A DNA stretch of 60,897 nucleotides, counting the filler, from Syncephalis fuscata S228 (taxonomy: Eukaryota; Fungi; Zoopagomycota), in assembly GCA_025786725.1 (NCBI GenBank). It is 3 parts of 3 records of this genome, joined end to end, with 100 filler letters (N's around TTAATTAATTAA, not from the genome) between each part and the next. Parts side by side here need not be neighbours in the genome. Positions count along the whole stretch, not along the records: positions 1 to 18,831 come from JAHLTZ010000180.1; positions 18,932 to 38,833 come from JAHLTZ010000171.1; 1 more part is not named here. One strand, given 5' to 3'. Under the pieces are notes generated by a model, which was given only the letters and a program-made list of their open reading frames with translations, was not told where the DNA came from and ran no database searches. The position numbers and the translations under genes were made by a program. Positions 10,246-24,214 of this stretch are shown here, in pieces. Within the stretch, counting starts at the first letter, position 1, and each line of letters starts with the position of its first letter.

Positions 10246-13200
10246 TTATAGTTTTTTACACTTTAGCACAGATTGTTGTTTACGTTTCTCGCGTTGCTCT
10301 ATCATTCTCTAATGATATCATAGGAATAATAATTAGTATGGATTCAGCGAGTGGCTATTATTGTTACTTACTTGGCGTCTTTCTTCTCGGCGTTTATTTA
10401 ATTCATCGGTACGGTCACTACGGGCCGCTGTACGGGCATCTGGCGATGGTCGTCGAATAGGTTCGGCTATATTTAATTGTTCACCGAATGGAGAAGGTGG
10501 CGCGCCCGACTGATCATCATCATCATCAAGTCCCCAGCCATCATCGCCCCATCCATCACCAATATCCGCTACAATTACATAGTGTTAATCAGAGAATTAT
10601 TATAAAATATAGAAATTACCTAATAGATTGGTCACTTCTGTGGAGCGTTGACCTAATTTCATGCCTTTTCCACGGCTAGTATTCGGTAGAGATAGATGCT
10701 CTGGTCCTTTGCTGCTACAACCACTACTACTATTATGACCACCCGCATTATCATCCTCCTATATTGTCATATATATGTACATATATATATATAAAATTAA
10801 CGAATGATTTGATATATAAATATATACAATTACCAGTGTTAATGGACCTAGATCGACATCAAAATCACCCCATCCACCTATGGCGTCTTCTGTTGTCTCG
10901 TTCGTAATGGCTCTAGTAATATTAATACGAGGTTGCGGTGTTGGCGTGACTATACTATGAGTTGTTGCTACTGTTGTTGTTGTTGCTGCTGTCTTTATAC
11001 CACCATTACCGGTGTAATGAGTAGTAGATTGGTTTGTATATTTACTATTACTATTATTACCACTAGATGGTGGCGATGTTGGCGGTATAAATCCATCCAC
11101 TGTAGTGAATGCTACATCAGATATCTATAATTGGATTAGTAATTAGATTAGATTAACAATTAAATTAATGCAATTACTAATCTAGTTACCTTTTTGGCTA
11201 CTGAAGAAACAGCCCAACCAGCCCACTCAGCACCAACTGACATGGCCATACCACCAACACCTGCAGCTGAAGATGCAGCAACTTCATTAGGTGTATTTGA
11301 GTTTGGATCAATGATAGGCGCATCGGGCTAACATAATAATTGATCGTTAATAAATTGTCAAATACTACATGACATATAATCATTACCATGCTTTCAGAGT
11401 AAGCTTGTAGTTTCTGTATCATTTGTTCAAGTGCTTTAAATGCTTGTACACGTACATCACTAGTGTTTAGTGTGATATAAAATGTTAAATAATACATTAA
11501 GATTATTTGTGTGCGGTTATATACAACTTACCGATGTGGATCGACCAATAGCGGTGATATCGATGGCACAATACGTGTGGCATAATCAGCAGCGGCATAA
11601 TCGTCAATAGTAGCTACATTAGACAAATGTAAATAAACAATAATAATTAACTAATTAAAACTAACCAGTAATAGCCATAAGTGCTGAAGATCGGGCAGCT
11701 GGAAATGGATCTCTTAATCCATTAAACAAGGCAACCAGAATGGCTTTTGACCGGGTCTATATAAAGATTGTTATGTTATTGTTATCTATTAGTAACCAAT
11801 TAATATTATGTATTACTTACTGTCTCGTTCATATATTTACTTAATTTACCAAGGCACACAATGGCATTGGTACGAATACCTGGTTCAGGATCCATCAGAG
11901 CTTTACAAATGTATTTGGATAGCTCTTGGTTATTCGTCTTTTCACTAAGCTATTAAATGGTAATATAAATGAAATTCAGTATTATATTAGCATGATATAG
12001 CTATATTGCTGTAGTGTAGTCACCTTGGGAGCTATTACTAATGCACTTCTTACAGTAGCATCTCGAATAATAGGCGCTGAATCAGTAAAACCAGTAATCT
12101 AACCAATAAGAATGGTATTAGTTTACATAGCAGTAATAAATATTTAATAATGGATCTTACATAATGTGGAAATATCGTATTGACCGTCGTCTTGACACTT
12201 AGATGTTGAACAAATGGCCCCAAATGGTCTAATAAACCCATACGGATACTGCGATCAGGTAAGGCAAATAAGCGAGTAATGGCCGGTGCCACTAGTGTGT
12301 GGTATTCTTTCTCATCAAGCTGTCCACTAATCTGAGCAATGGGACTGATTACTTTATTGCCACCTAAATGGATCAACATCTATTAGATTTATAGTTGGTT
12401 ATATTCATTACAATTTACCTGATCCAAATTCCAATACTTTTAATAGTTCAGGCAGTAATTTGTGTCGATTGAAATCAGTTGGGAATTGACCAATCATTGG
12501 TGTTAATCGACTAGAGGTAGAATGGCATTTATTAATAATACGGTATTTATAAACTGTCGTTAAATACGTACTTTAGAAATGCTTCTCGTTCAGGTTGATC
12601 TTTAACATTAAAGTTTTCCAAAAACAAATTAGCTTGTACGAAATCGTTCATAAAATATCCATCAGATCGACTTGTATGATCGATAAAACGGCCTAGTGTT
12701 GCCCGCGATCGTGGATCATTGGCAAGTAATGATAAATATGCTTTACGTAGATTCTATTAAATAATGCTATTTATTAGTATTTTCTACTTTTATATACTAT
12801 TTATAATTACCGCTGGAATACGACCGGGCGTTTTAAGTTGTTCTGACTGAGTAAATGATCCGTTGAACAACTCATAAATGAAACAAGCATAATGCCAACT
12901 ATCAGTTGCAGATGGCTCATATCTAAAGTTATTATTAACAGTGTTATTGGTGTTAATAATAATATTGCTTACTCTCTAATTGTGTCCCAAGTACCACGTG
13001 ATACTTCAGGTGTGGCAAATCGTTTCGCATCTGGCATTAATCCGGCATTGGCCTAGTTTTATATTTTTATTAATATATTTTTATTTGTTTTGTTAATAAA
13101 TACTACGTCAATTTGTTTACTATCTTACCGTAATAAACGGATGTTCATCTTTTAATGAACTTAATAACTCAAGTCCTCCAAGTTTCCATTCTCCGGCTCC

Positions 13201-13866
13201 GTTAACAAACACCGAACTAATTTTAATATTGCCATGGACCAAATTACAATCATTATTTAAAAAGTGGACCATTTTCTAATTATTATAATTTACAGTATTG
13301 TAATACAAAACTTATTAATATTTGCTATTCTATCTTAATAATAAATTACTTACTGCAATGTTAAAAAGACCCCAAGCAATTAAATTCTGATTTTGTTCGC
13401 TTTGGTTTAGAACAGTCCGTAATGGCTGGATAACATCGGTGGCCAGATAGATATGCGTATCCGTCTGTTTCAATCTACTCGTTAATATTGCGATGGTAGT
13501 TTCAGTATGCACCGTCCTTACCTCTACACCATCAATATAGCGGATAAGTCCCGGATGTCGAATTGTTCGAAATTTACTGAATGCATTCCGGGCCAGCGCC
13601 AATTCTCCACTAGACCCACGTGCCTTCTCGTAGACTAGCACTGATACGGCTGAATTGTCGGCCTAGTTAATCGTCAGTCCGGTGACTGATCGGTACATCA
13701 TCTGTTGACTTACGGTTTTTCTACCTTCGTACAGTGCCCATACCGAATCGTTCCTGCCGAGTTCGTGCACCCTTTCGCCAATAGTATAGGGGAACTCTTG
13801 TCCGCTCGTTCCACCTACCAACGAGGAAAGGGTCGATTTAACCAGGCCCGAGAAAACTGTCGCCAT
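10246..13866 (-). CDS. SCYL1: SCY1-like pseudokinase with HEAT repeats (SCYL1/Cex1), multi-exon
   Basis: FPYTIGE, ARNAFSKFRTIRHPGLIRY, LVHGNIKISSVFVNGAGEWKLGGLEL, DPEPGIRTNAIVCLGK and LRDPFPAAR, with a low-complexity C-terminus containing GWGD motifs. Confidence 0.9.
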
Positions 13867-15316
13867 AGGAATAAAGAATAGGAATGATGCTAAAGAGAGT
13901 AAGGACGGTTTGGTTAACAAAGGTGTTTTGCCACTGTGGCGGTATTTGGTTATTGCTGTTAACAAGCAAATAATGATTGATACAAAAATAGGTGCATTTG
14001 TGTGTGTGTGTGTAATAAACGGGTAAATAAATTTATTCAAATGGCGCTCAAATGAATTGATTGGCTGATCGGATTTACCGTAAAAGTAGTTAGTAGCTCA
14101 CTATACAATGAATTTAGCTGTTCCAGTTTGGTTTCTCAGCACAAGTGAAACAATAAACAGTATCTAATGGATTTGTACATGGTAAAAACTGCCTAAATAA
14201 ACACATGTGATAAAAGTGTTTATGAATGATAGGCTAGACACAGCTCGCTTATTACCACGAGCATTATTGATCACGACGGTGTTTTCAAATGACAATGATT
14301 GGAACATAGGCGATAGAATACAAGGATGGAATGCTAGTATGATACCTATTATTTCTAAATTAGAAATTAGAAATTAAAATTAGAATAAACCCAGTAAAAA
14401 GAAGTATTATTGTACCATGTTCAACATGCCTATTGCAGAATAACCAGGATATACAACGTGTCCTGAGCGGCTTGGTACAACAAGCATGGGAATCTTTAAA
14501 GGTCGTTGCTTTTATTTATTTTATTTTGTGTATAAGCGAGCCAAGCTATATTGAATAAAAAGTACTCGAAGGTACCTTTTAATGATGGAAAATAGGCCGT
14601 TTATATTAAAAAAAGAAACGTCATGTATTTTTAGACCGAGTAACGGCAAATTAAACAGTACGTAAAAACGATTGAAAAAAATAGTCATGAGTCATTAGTA
14701 TAGGATACACATGTTTATGGTATGACTATTGTTTATACTAATGACGATAGCAAAGCAATGGAAATTGAAGAGAAAGAGTGAAAACAAGAACAAGCAGGAT
14801 GACAAGGATGAGAAGGATGAGAAGTAGTAGCAAGAACAATCACGTCGGCTCTATAGCCAATAGAATTGGCAAAATTCATTAGGAAGCGATGGCGCCATCC
14901 TCGTTTATCTGTATTTTTACATTAATGCGTGCAAGTCGTGCAACGTTTTCAATTAATGACTAGGCGATAAAGATTTGAATGATAGTCATTGTTACCGCAG
15001 CTCAAAATGGGAGGAAGGTTGGTCTATCTTCACATTCCCAGCTCGGGCCTCATGATTCGTCGAGAGGTGGCGTCAGGCCACTCAACGTCGAATCACCGCA
15101 TAATAAGCACATCTTCTGATGGAGCCCACAGCTACGGGTGATACATAATACCGACCTGTATTTATAATAAGCATAAAGCGCAAAAGCGACTATTGCTATT
15201 ATCGCTACTTGTATCTTCCAGCAGTTACGGTCTTCGTGCTCGTTTATAAATATTTCCATCAAGCTTAGCGCTGCTTTACTGTTTTACTACCACTATTTTT
15301 ATTATTGCTTTTTGCC

Positions 15317-16766
15317 ATGTCTCCCTCTGAAGCTACTGTTACAAAGCTATCGGTTACCGTAAACGACGGCGGCGACGTATCGGCCGAACACCAATACGCA
15401 GAAGTATTGCACGGCCAAACGAAAGCCGATAGCTCTTCGTTCTTTTTTACCAAAGTGGTAAAAAAAGATCACGAACTTCACAAAGAGGCCGTCGAAGACT
15501 ATAATAACTTTTTCCAAGCGGACCGTGAGCGTGCCGAACGTGGTGAAGATGTCGAAGGCAATCAAGAAGAACGTCTTAGCAAGTACACCCGCCTAACCAA
15601 TACTTATTATAACCTTGTTACCGATTTGTACGAGGTAAGTGTGCATAATGTTGAATCCACTCATCCATTGGCTAATGACTCGACTATGATGGATGATATT
15701 TAGTATGGATGGGGCCAATCATTCCATTTTGCTCGTCACTATCCCGGTGAAGCCTTCCGTCAAAGCATTGCTCGTCACGAGCACTATTTGGCCCACCGTA
15801 TTGGTGTTAAGCCAGGTATGCACCTACTGGTAAGTTATTTACTGCACTCGTCATTCAATAGCTCATTTTATATGGCTAGGATGTTGGCTGTGGTGTAGGC
15901 GGCCCTGCTCGAGCAATGATTCATTTTGGCGACGTTAAAGTGACCGGCCTTAACAATAACGAGTATCAACTTGAACGTGCTGCCACTTATGCTGCCCGTG
16001 AAAAGATTGCCGACAAATGGAGCTCAATTAAGGGTGATTTTATGAAAATGGATATACCCGATAATACATTTGATGGTGTAAGTGCCATAGACTATTTATT
16101 AATTAGTATTTACTTATTTATCTTCACTCATTGGTTTGATTGATTGAATAAATTTTTATGTGTAACAATAGGCATACGCTATTGAAGCAACGGTTCATGC
16201 ACCCGATCTAGCCGGTGTCTACGGTGAAATCTTCCGAGTAATTAAGCCAGGTTCACGATTTGCTTGCTACGAATGGTGTATGACGGACAAATACAATCAC
16301 GATGATCCTGAACATCGCCGCATCCGTCTAGGTATCGAGGAAGGCAACGGTATTCCACAGATGGTTGGCACCGATGTAGCATTGGCTGCGCTACGCAAGG
16401 CCGGCTTTGAAGTTGAGTACCATGAAGTACTTGGACTCAATGACACTGTACCTTGGTACATGCCACTTGAAGGCAGCTATACTGGCAATATTGCTTTGAC
16501 CTCAGCTGGTGTCTATTTCACAGATATTATGGTAAGTAAATTATACTGTTATTATATCCATTATCACCTTACTGACTATTATTATTATTGTTATTACTAT
16601 CTTTATTTAACAGTGTATGGCAATGGAAAAAGTTGGTCTAGCACCTGCTGGCACACGTCAAGTAAGCCAAATTCTATTGGGTGCCCGTAGTCATTTGGCT
16701 GCTGGTGGTAAACTAGGCATATTCACACCTATGTTCTGCTTTGTGGCCCGTAAGCCAGAAGTGTAA
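15317..16766 (+). CDS. ERG6: Sterol 24-C-methyltransferase
   Basis: [10 protein letters not shown]|[50 protein letters not shown] and [11 protein letters not shown]. Confidence 0.96.
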
Positions 16767-16904
16767 ATTTTTTATACACACTATTTTGCTCATTCAACTT
16801 TATACCGCTTGATTTTTTTATTTACTCTTTACAATTGTTAAGATTGTAGAGTGCGCCCATTTGCCTTATAAATCGATTATGTTAGCATGATCATTGATTT
16901 GAAT

Positions 16905-17815
16905 AAACACATTGAAATGTTAGCTTTTTAAGACAAATACAACAATTATGTTTATTTTAAGGGAAATTTTGAATGATTGGATATACACATTAAAATGATA
17001 GCTTTTTATTTAAAATACATACAACAGTTATGTTTGCTATGATAATGAATGACCAAATGATTGGATGTACACATTAAAATGTTAGCACCTCATATAAAAT
17101 AACTACGTAACTATGTCTGCTATGATAATAAATGACTAAATAACTAAATATACATATTAAAATGATAGCCTTTTATTTAACATAAATACAACAATTATGT
17201 TTGCTATGATAATGAATGACCAGATGATTGGATGTACACATTAAAATATTAGCTCCTCATATAAAATAACTACGTAACTATGTTTGCTATGATAATAAAT
17301 GACTAAATAACTAAATATACATATTAAAATGATAGCCTTTTATTTAAAATACATACAACAGTTATGTTTGCTATGATAATAAATGACCAAATGATTGGAT
17401 GTACACATTAAAATGTTAGCACCTCATATAAAATAACTACGTAATTATGTCTGCTATGATAATAAATGACTAAATAACTAAATATACATATTGAAATAAT
17501 AGCTTTTTATTTAAAATAAATACAACAGTTATATTTGCTATTATAATGAATGACCAAATGATTGGATGTACACATTAAAATGTTAGCACCTCATATAAAA
17601 TAACTACGTAATTATGTCTGCTATGATAATAAATGACTAAATAACTAAATATACATATTGAAATGATAGCCTTTTATTTAAAATAAATACAACAGTTATG
17701 TTTGCTATGATAATGAATGACCAGATGATTGGATGTACACATTAAAATACTAGTTTTCTCTAAGATAAATACTGCAGTTATGTTTATTTTAATAATAATG
17801 ACTGAATAATTGAAT
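16905..17815. repeat. Satellite-like tandem array: ~11 monomers alternating 84/83 bp (167-bp dimer)
   Basis: The anchor ATT(A/G)AAAT..TAG falls at ~16915, 16993, 17077, 17160, 17244, 17327, 17411, 17494, 17578, 17661 and 17745. A/B monomer types alternate. Confidence 0.93.
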
Positions 17816-17905
17816 AATGCTACTGATAAAAAATAACTTTTTAAAATAAAGCGAATAAAGGCGAACGTGAAACTATTGTAAAAGAAAAATATGTTATGTC
17901 ATTAG

Positions 17906-18831
17906 TTAAACGGCTGAAGCTCGCCGTTTGTCTTTGATCGCCTGGCTAGCTTCAATACGTCTAGCCAAACGATCAATTTCTTGTCTACGTAGTCGAATAC
18001 GGAATGCAGCCCGTAAAATATCATCTGGCTGCATTTTTCAACCGGCAAATGAAGTAAATATGATAAAAGTTCGGTATTTGACGGACATTGGCGAAGTAAC
18101 CAATCTAAATAAATATCATTAATTGGTAATTAATTAAATATAATAAGTAGCTATAATATTACTTATAATTACTATTTACTTACCTTTAGAAACATCTAAA
18201 ATACCCAAAGCAACACGGAATAAAAACTTGTTGCCTATTTGACTAATATTAATGTAAAATATTGTTAATTACTATAAAGCTTACCTCCAAAGTAGAAAAC
18301 ATCCCAGACGCGCAATACAGTCTCCCATGGAAGTGCCATGGTAAACAATGTAAGAAACCATTGTGTTACATACATTAGTGGCACTACACCATTTTCATCC
18401 TATCAACAACAAACAAATGTGTTAGCAAGTCTACTAGTTATTATATTACAAACTTACCAAATGCTTTGCCAGCATAGGACTATGGCCGGCTAGCAGATGC
18501 TCAAATACTTCAGCATCTACCCGTAATTTGCCCAGATTTGGAGAATAGTAACCAGCCATGTGTTGATCAATAGTGGCTACCAATAGCCAGAATGAATCCT
18601 ATTATTACCAATATTAATATAATGCATTCTGCTTAATTAATAGCAATACTGCCTCTTCATCGAGTTGCATTAACATTAATCCTACAAGTCGGCCCATACC
18701 TTGACAATAGCCAACTTCAGGATTGTAATGCGCATATGCCTTAAGTATAGAGTGGAGTGTAGCCTGGCCTACACCTTGTTCTTCATGGAATAGAACATGG
18801 TTGGGATAGCAACGTTGGATATCACGCTCTA
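17906..18831 (-). CDS. TBC-domain Rab GTPase-activating protein, 3' part (5' end lost at the gap)
   Basis: ERDIQRCYPNH (DxxR finger), AYAHYNPEVGYCQGMG (YxQ finger) and QWFLTLFTMALPWETVLRVWDVF. Confidence 0.9.
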
Positions 18832-18931
18832 NNNNNNNNNNNNNNNNNNNNNNNNNNNNNNNNNNNNNNNNNNNNTTAATTAATTAANNNNNNNNNNNNN
18901 NNNNNNNNNNNNNNNNNNNNNNNNNNNNNNN
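18832..18931. other. Artificial contig linker (N-run with TTAATTAATTAA)
   Basis: Palindromic six-frame-stop spacer inside Ns; identical design at 38834-38933. Confidence 0.97.
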
Positions 18932-19685
18932 TAAAGATGGTAATACCGTATATCATCTAGAGTCGGTGACCAATCGGGCTTTCAATTCAATTTGAGATAA
19001 CATTGTTAACAATGCTATGATTTCCAACTACATTCAGTTTACAAAAAAGTGTCCAAATATGAATTCATTAAAATGCTGATAAAATATTATATACTTATTA
19101 GTAGTCAAATTCAACCAATTGTAGTATTTAAACACATAATAAAATCTTTTTAATAGGTAAAAAATATTCACCCGATCCAGTATTCACTTATCATGATATA
19201 TTATTCCAGCTTGTAATGTATATGTGCGTATAATATACTTATTATAGCTCCACATAATTAATTGCATTTTTAACAACAAGAGGCGCATTAAACAGTTTAA
19301 TGCATGTAATACTGTTTGTTTACTAAATTGCTATACATGATAACAACATAATACACGTATAGTGATATTCGACTGTAAATAGGCATGTTACTTTAATATA
19401 ATTAGTACACGCAGATTATAAAAAACCACCAATATGGTATAATTAGGTTTAAATTGTCTCAACATAATGATTTAATGTTTAAAGAAATGTCTGTATAATA
19501 ACTGGATTCCATATGCAGATAAACAGGTTCTTACAGAAATTGTGCGTGTATTTATGCGTATGCAACGTGGAAATATTAGTGTACAGGTTTATCGTTCAAA
19601 AGACGTTAGTTTACGGATATTCCCATTTCTATCATTTTTATTAGCTTTTCTTTATATATGTACATTTAAGCAATATATTAAAACC

Positions 19686-20643
19686 ATGAACGCTACTCAA
19701 GATTTTGTACGGGATGATATAGACTGGAGGCACAATGCCACGCGATTGTGGAATGTGCCACTTCATCCATCGGGTGAAATACTTTTATACAATTTTATAA
19801 CAGCGGTGCCAAATGATATTCATACTACTCGTACTCGACTATTTACCATGTATGCCCAAATAGTTATTAATATGTTTATAATGTCAATATTTATGCCAAA
19901 TCTTGCAAAATCCATCCGCATGATTGCAAATCGACCACAATTTCTTTCCGGATGGTGCTGCTTGGTCCCTGCTTTATTTGGTGTTAATTGGCTTGTTTAC
20001 ATATTTACGTATCTCTTTGAGAAGACATGTTGCCGAGAAGCAGTTTGGTTTGCGTTTACTGCATCTTCATTTTCAAGCGTCAGCAACAGTAAATTGTGTT
20101 ACAAAAAGCATACATTGTTCTTTTAAAAAACCAATGGGTGGTTGCTGTCGGAATTTTGCTTATATTGCCGCAGCTGGGATTTATACTGCTAGGTATAAAA
20201 CTAACTTATGTTACCATGGACAATAGTGGCATGTGCCTTGCTCACTATTCTAGCTCGGTGCCTTTATACTGGTTCGGTGTTACTATACCTGTCAATATAC
20301 TGTTCTCGGGAATATTCAGCTATGTGGGATATCAACAGTATAAGGCATTTGGCTCAGAAGCATGGAAAAGGCTGGCGCGTAATGGTATTCAAGTCATGTG
20401 TCTAGTAGTGTTTTGCAATATCATTTGTGCAATATGCGTTTTATTTAAAGTAGGCAATTCATATTCACAAATGTTTTTTGTTTTGGATTGGTATGTAACT
20501 AGACAAATTGATTGATATATTACTAATTGTATATTAGGTGTGTTACATTAACTATTTTAGTTCATTATTGTATTTCGGTGAAAACTCGTAAAACTTCACA
20601 TTCTGGAGTAAGTGAAAGGTTAAACCTGCGCGCAGTGGTTTAA
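19686..20643 (+). CDS. Multi-pass (7TM/GPCR-like) membrane protein with one frameshift near 20090 and one intron (20491-20537)
   Basis: ORFs 19542-20126 and 20096-20515 join across a 1-nt shift (SNS..IVLQKAY). About seven hydrophobic segments with extracellular-type Cys. GTATGT..TTAG intron before the last helix. Confidence 0.65.
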
Positions 20644-21364
20644 TTACAGATAATTATAAATATATATGTAAATTCCTATTGTTTTTCAAGTAATAAATAA
20701 TATTACGTTAAAGTTTTAATAGCTACGATCATTAGTGAGTGAAAATCATTATGATCTAGGCTAAAGATAGTATTTCTATACTAGTAAATAAACGCAGGTT
20801 GCTTTATTTAATATTCATAGCTTTTTTAAAAGCAAGCTATTGTTTTTTATTTGTGCTTAAGTGCTTCATACTGCTTTATGTTTATAGTTTGCATAATGAT
20901 ACAGGTTTAAATTGGGTCGTTAAAACTTTAGGATTGGTAAACAGTTTTTTATTCATAAATAATCAGCTAATTTGGTGCAATATTGATGCCCACTGTTCCG
21001 CACAATATCTAAAGTTTCTAATGATCATTGCAACTAACCAGCTCTCACTTTCCATTCTTTAAAGTTTTTATGTTTTAAGTTATTTGCAATATGCTATAAT
21101 TTTTTGACTATTGCGGACAGCTAATACTTTGTTTACATAGCTGTACTAGCTAATAGTGCTACAAATATACTGCACAAAACTTTTTTCTAATTACATAGAT
21201 TTGGATTTTGGTAAAATGACAAAAAAAAGATTTACATCAGCAGTCATATAATTTCACCGTCTTTCATTACTTATGTTATAATGCTAACATTTTAAGCAGC
21301 AACCTGTAACTAGTGCATATAACTCATTTATTGCGTCAAAAATATCGCCTATTGTTATTTCACT

Positions 21365-23178
21365 ATGTCCGACATCAAAGTGACGTTGACTGATTACGGT
21401 ATTAATATGCGTGACTTTTGAAACATAGTATTAATAAATTAATCGCTGGATAATAAGCTGTAAAATTTATCTACAAGTTAACCAATTATCATAACGTAGC
21501 TTTACTATAATCGATGCCATTAGTATTTACAACACTAAATCCAAATGAATTCGGCAATGAAACGATAGTTGAAAGTACGCGCAGCTTACCGGTTACTAGT
21601 TTGATAAATAATAATTTATGTAAAAAAGTTTTGGTTGTAGCTAAAGACACAACTTTGGCCAAGGATACTGATGTTGTGATAGCAACCAAACCTTGCTCGG
21701 ATATTCTTTTAACACAACATTGTGTACTGCCAGTATTTCCCAATAATTTTGATGCAAAAGTACATTTTCATTTAGCAACGCAAGATACAAAGCTACATCC
21801 ATTGGTTGCCACATTCTTTTCATTTAGTGATGAAAATATAGCCTAACATTCCACTTGGGCTCATCCAGGAGTCTTGGTAGTTATAGTCTCGTCGTTTGTG
21901 CGTCATTTAGATATTTAGACGCCCAATCAGCTATTGGTTTGCTCACACAAAATTTAGCAACAAATGAGTAAAATGTGCTGCACAAAAATAGCAATATAAA
22001 ACATTTTTCAACAGCGACTGTTAAAAAAGATTTGACCTTTGTATTTCACTCGATATCATGGGAATCAAGCGGCTATGCTGCTGCCATATCTAATGCCTAT
22101 AATGAACGTGTATGGCTTGTTAAATATTTGGAAAAGATCCTAATCCGCCGGTAAGATGGACGGATGATGCCATTATAAAAGTCTAAGATACTAATGGTAG
22201 CAAGTGTACAATTGCTATAAATGAACACCATTGTAATTATTGCAACTCTATTAATATAGGCTGGCATGCTATTCATGCATGTTTTTGTTTTATTGTACAA
22301 CGCCCATGAATAAGAATTCTATTGCAGCCACATACAAAAGTACTTAATGACGTACTTTTATGCATTGCAGGTGGTTGCAATAAACAAATAGCGGCAATTG
22401 TCTACGAATCATTTAATGCAGGGCTAAATGGCACTAGATTACAGATTCGCACACCATTAACAAAATATAATGTTAGCTTAAAAGAAATACCAGCAATAGT
22501 AAAGTGCTTTGGTAGCCGCGCTCTAGTTAAAACGCTCTACTCTAACTCGGGTGCGTAATTTTTATAAGTAGCAACGAATAATTATATAAATACATAACTA
22601 AATTGAATTGGCAAAGGAGTGTATATTATTAGCAATCAATGTGAGCTAGACGTGTTTATGGCAATGAAGCATAGGTATGAGATTTTTATTGTTCAATCGC
22701 TTATTGGCAACGTTAAATGGTTTTCTCATACGTCCGAACGATGCACGTATCGCGTTGGCACTGTACCTGACAAAGACAACAATAAATACGTGTACGATCT
22801 GCGAGTTATGATTATCTGCGATGAACTTGGTTATAGACCAATTGCCTACTTTGCATGACGTGCTCGTAAGCTACTATTAAACTGTTTAGAGAATAGTCCC
22901 AATGGTAATCATCTAATTATCTAATTATTTCAATGATTAAACTAATCATTCTATTCTAGTTGACTCTTGGGAAATGCTCGGTACTAACACTTAACCTAAC
23001 GACAACAGTGGCCGGTGGCTCTTTTGCCGATGAACCATTTTGTATTATTCAAGCGGGTGAAAAAGAATTTTTACTATTAGGCATGGACCTTAACAATCTA
23101 GTTGATGCTTACATTCAAACTGTCCTTATTGTAACAGCTATAGATAAGGTGTGCCAAAAATTTATTCATCAAAAGTAA
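21365..23178 (+). pseudogene. Degenerate multi-exon hypothetical gene
   Basis: Coding-like segments (21514-21846, 22322-22558, 22619-22858, 22960-23178) with intron-like gaps and in-frame stops. No recognisable family. Confidence 0.35.
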
Positions 23179-23425
23179 TACATTTGATTTTGATCTTTTC
23201 TGCATATTTAATCCAGATGAAATCGTGTTATCTAAAATTATTAGGAAATGACATTAATAAATAACTGTTTGAAGAACAATTAGCATATTACTACAATCTA
23301 TATATTATTATATGGCTACTAATGAGTTTTATTGTATTTTAAATGCAATATACCAATATTTACAAAATGGACTATTTTTATTTAATTACATAATAATAAA
23401 ACAATTTATTTATTTGTTGCTATTG

Positions 23426-23958
23426 TTAGTCCCATGTACCAGCATAGCGCAAATCATAATTAGTATCAGGGGGTGGACGTAAAGAAGGCGGTAGGTTTTT
23501 TGGCATATCCTTGGGCACACGATAAGTGGTACGGCGTATTTTAGTTACTACTAGTACATAAATAATTAGTAAAACTAGTATTAAATACTTTACTTTATTA
23601 TTTACCTTTTGTTGTAGGTGCGGGGTGTGCATATCGACATTGTGGGCCATAATGACAATGGCCCGTATGTACAAATGTATGACATATTGGACGAGCATCA
23701 AAGATGGCACTATAAGGATCACGTCCTATAAATACTAATTAATAATATGATTCCGCATAGTTACTAGTCAACCTACCTGACATAATAGCGTCCCAATAGG
23801 TACGTCGAACTTGTTGGTGTTGTGCACTCTTCTCGTGTCGTTCTATTGTTCCTGCGTCTGCGGTCATTGCCTTGTCGCAATAGTCGCAGTAATCTTTAAA
23901 ATGTTAGCTCCTTTTGCTCATTGTTAAAACAACGATACTACTTACGTCGTTTACCCAT
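23426..23958 (-). CDS. ZMAT5: U11/U12 snRNP 20-kDa protein (matrin-type + CCCH zinc fingers)
   Basis: Spliced MGKR|HYCDYCDK...RHEKSAQHQQ, RPICHTFVHTGHCHYGPQCRYAH and C-terminal LPPSLRPPP...W match the ZMAT5 architecture. Confidence 0.85.
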
Positions 23959-24214
23959 TGTAAATCGTTAATAAAATACTTGTGAATGCAAAAGAAAACT
24001 ATTTGTATTATTTCTGTGTGTATTGCACCAGTAGTGTAGTTTAATTAATACAAAAAGGTAAATAAAATATTAATTTTCACAATCATTGTAATAAAAGTAG
24101 AATCTATCAACTGTACTGAACTAGTTATTGAACTTTATTGCCATTATACTAATAGCATTATTATAAGGTATATCATAGTATTTATTTGTGTATATTAAAC
24201 TATAGAATAAAACG

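Noticed and set aside
16905-17815. A second micro-exon array
   Set aside because: No GTAAGT donors or variable exon positions on either strand, and no flanking start exon. The candidate AG..GTAA segment is near-invariant and has stops in some frames.
18600-18655. GC-AG intron in the TBC gene
   Set aside because: A GT donor 3 nt downstream also keeps the frame, so the GC donor is not required.
18876-18887. TTAATTAATTAA palindrome as a biological motif
   Set aside because: It is embedded in N-runs twice with identical layout, so it is an artificial linker. Gene adjacency across it is meaningless.
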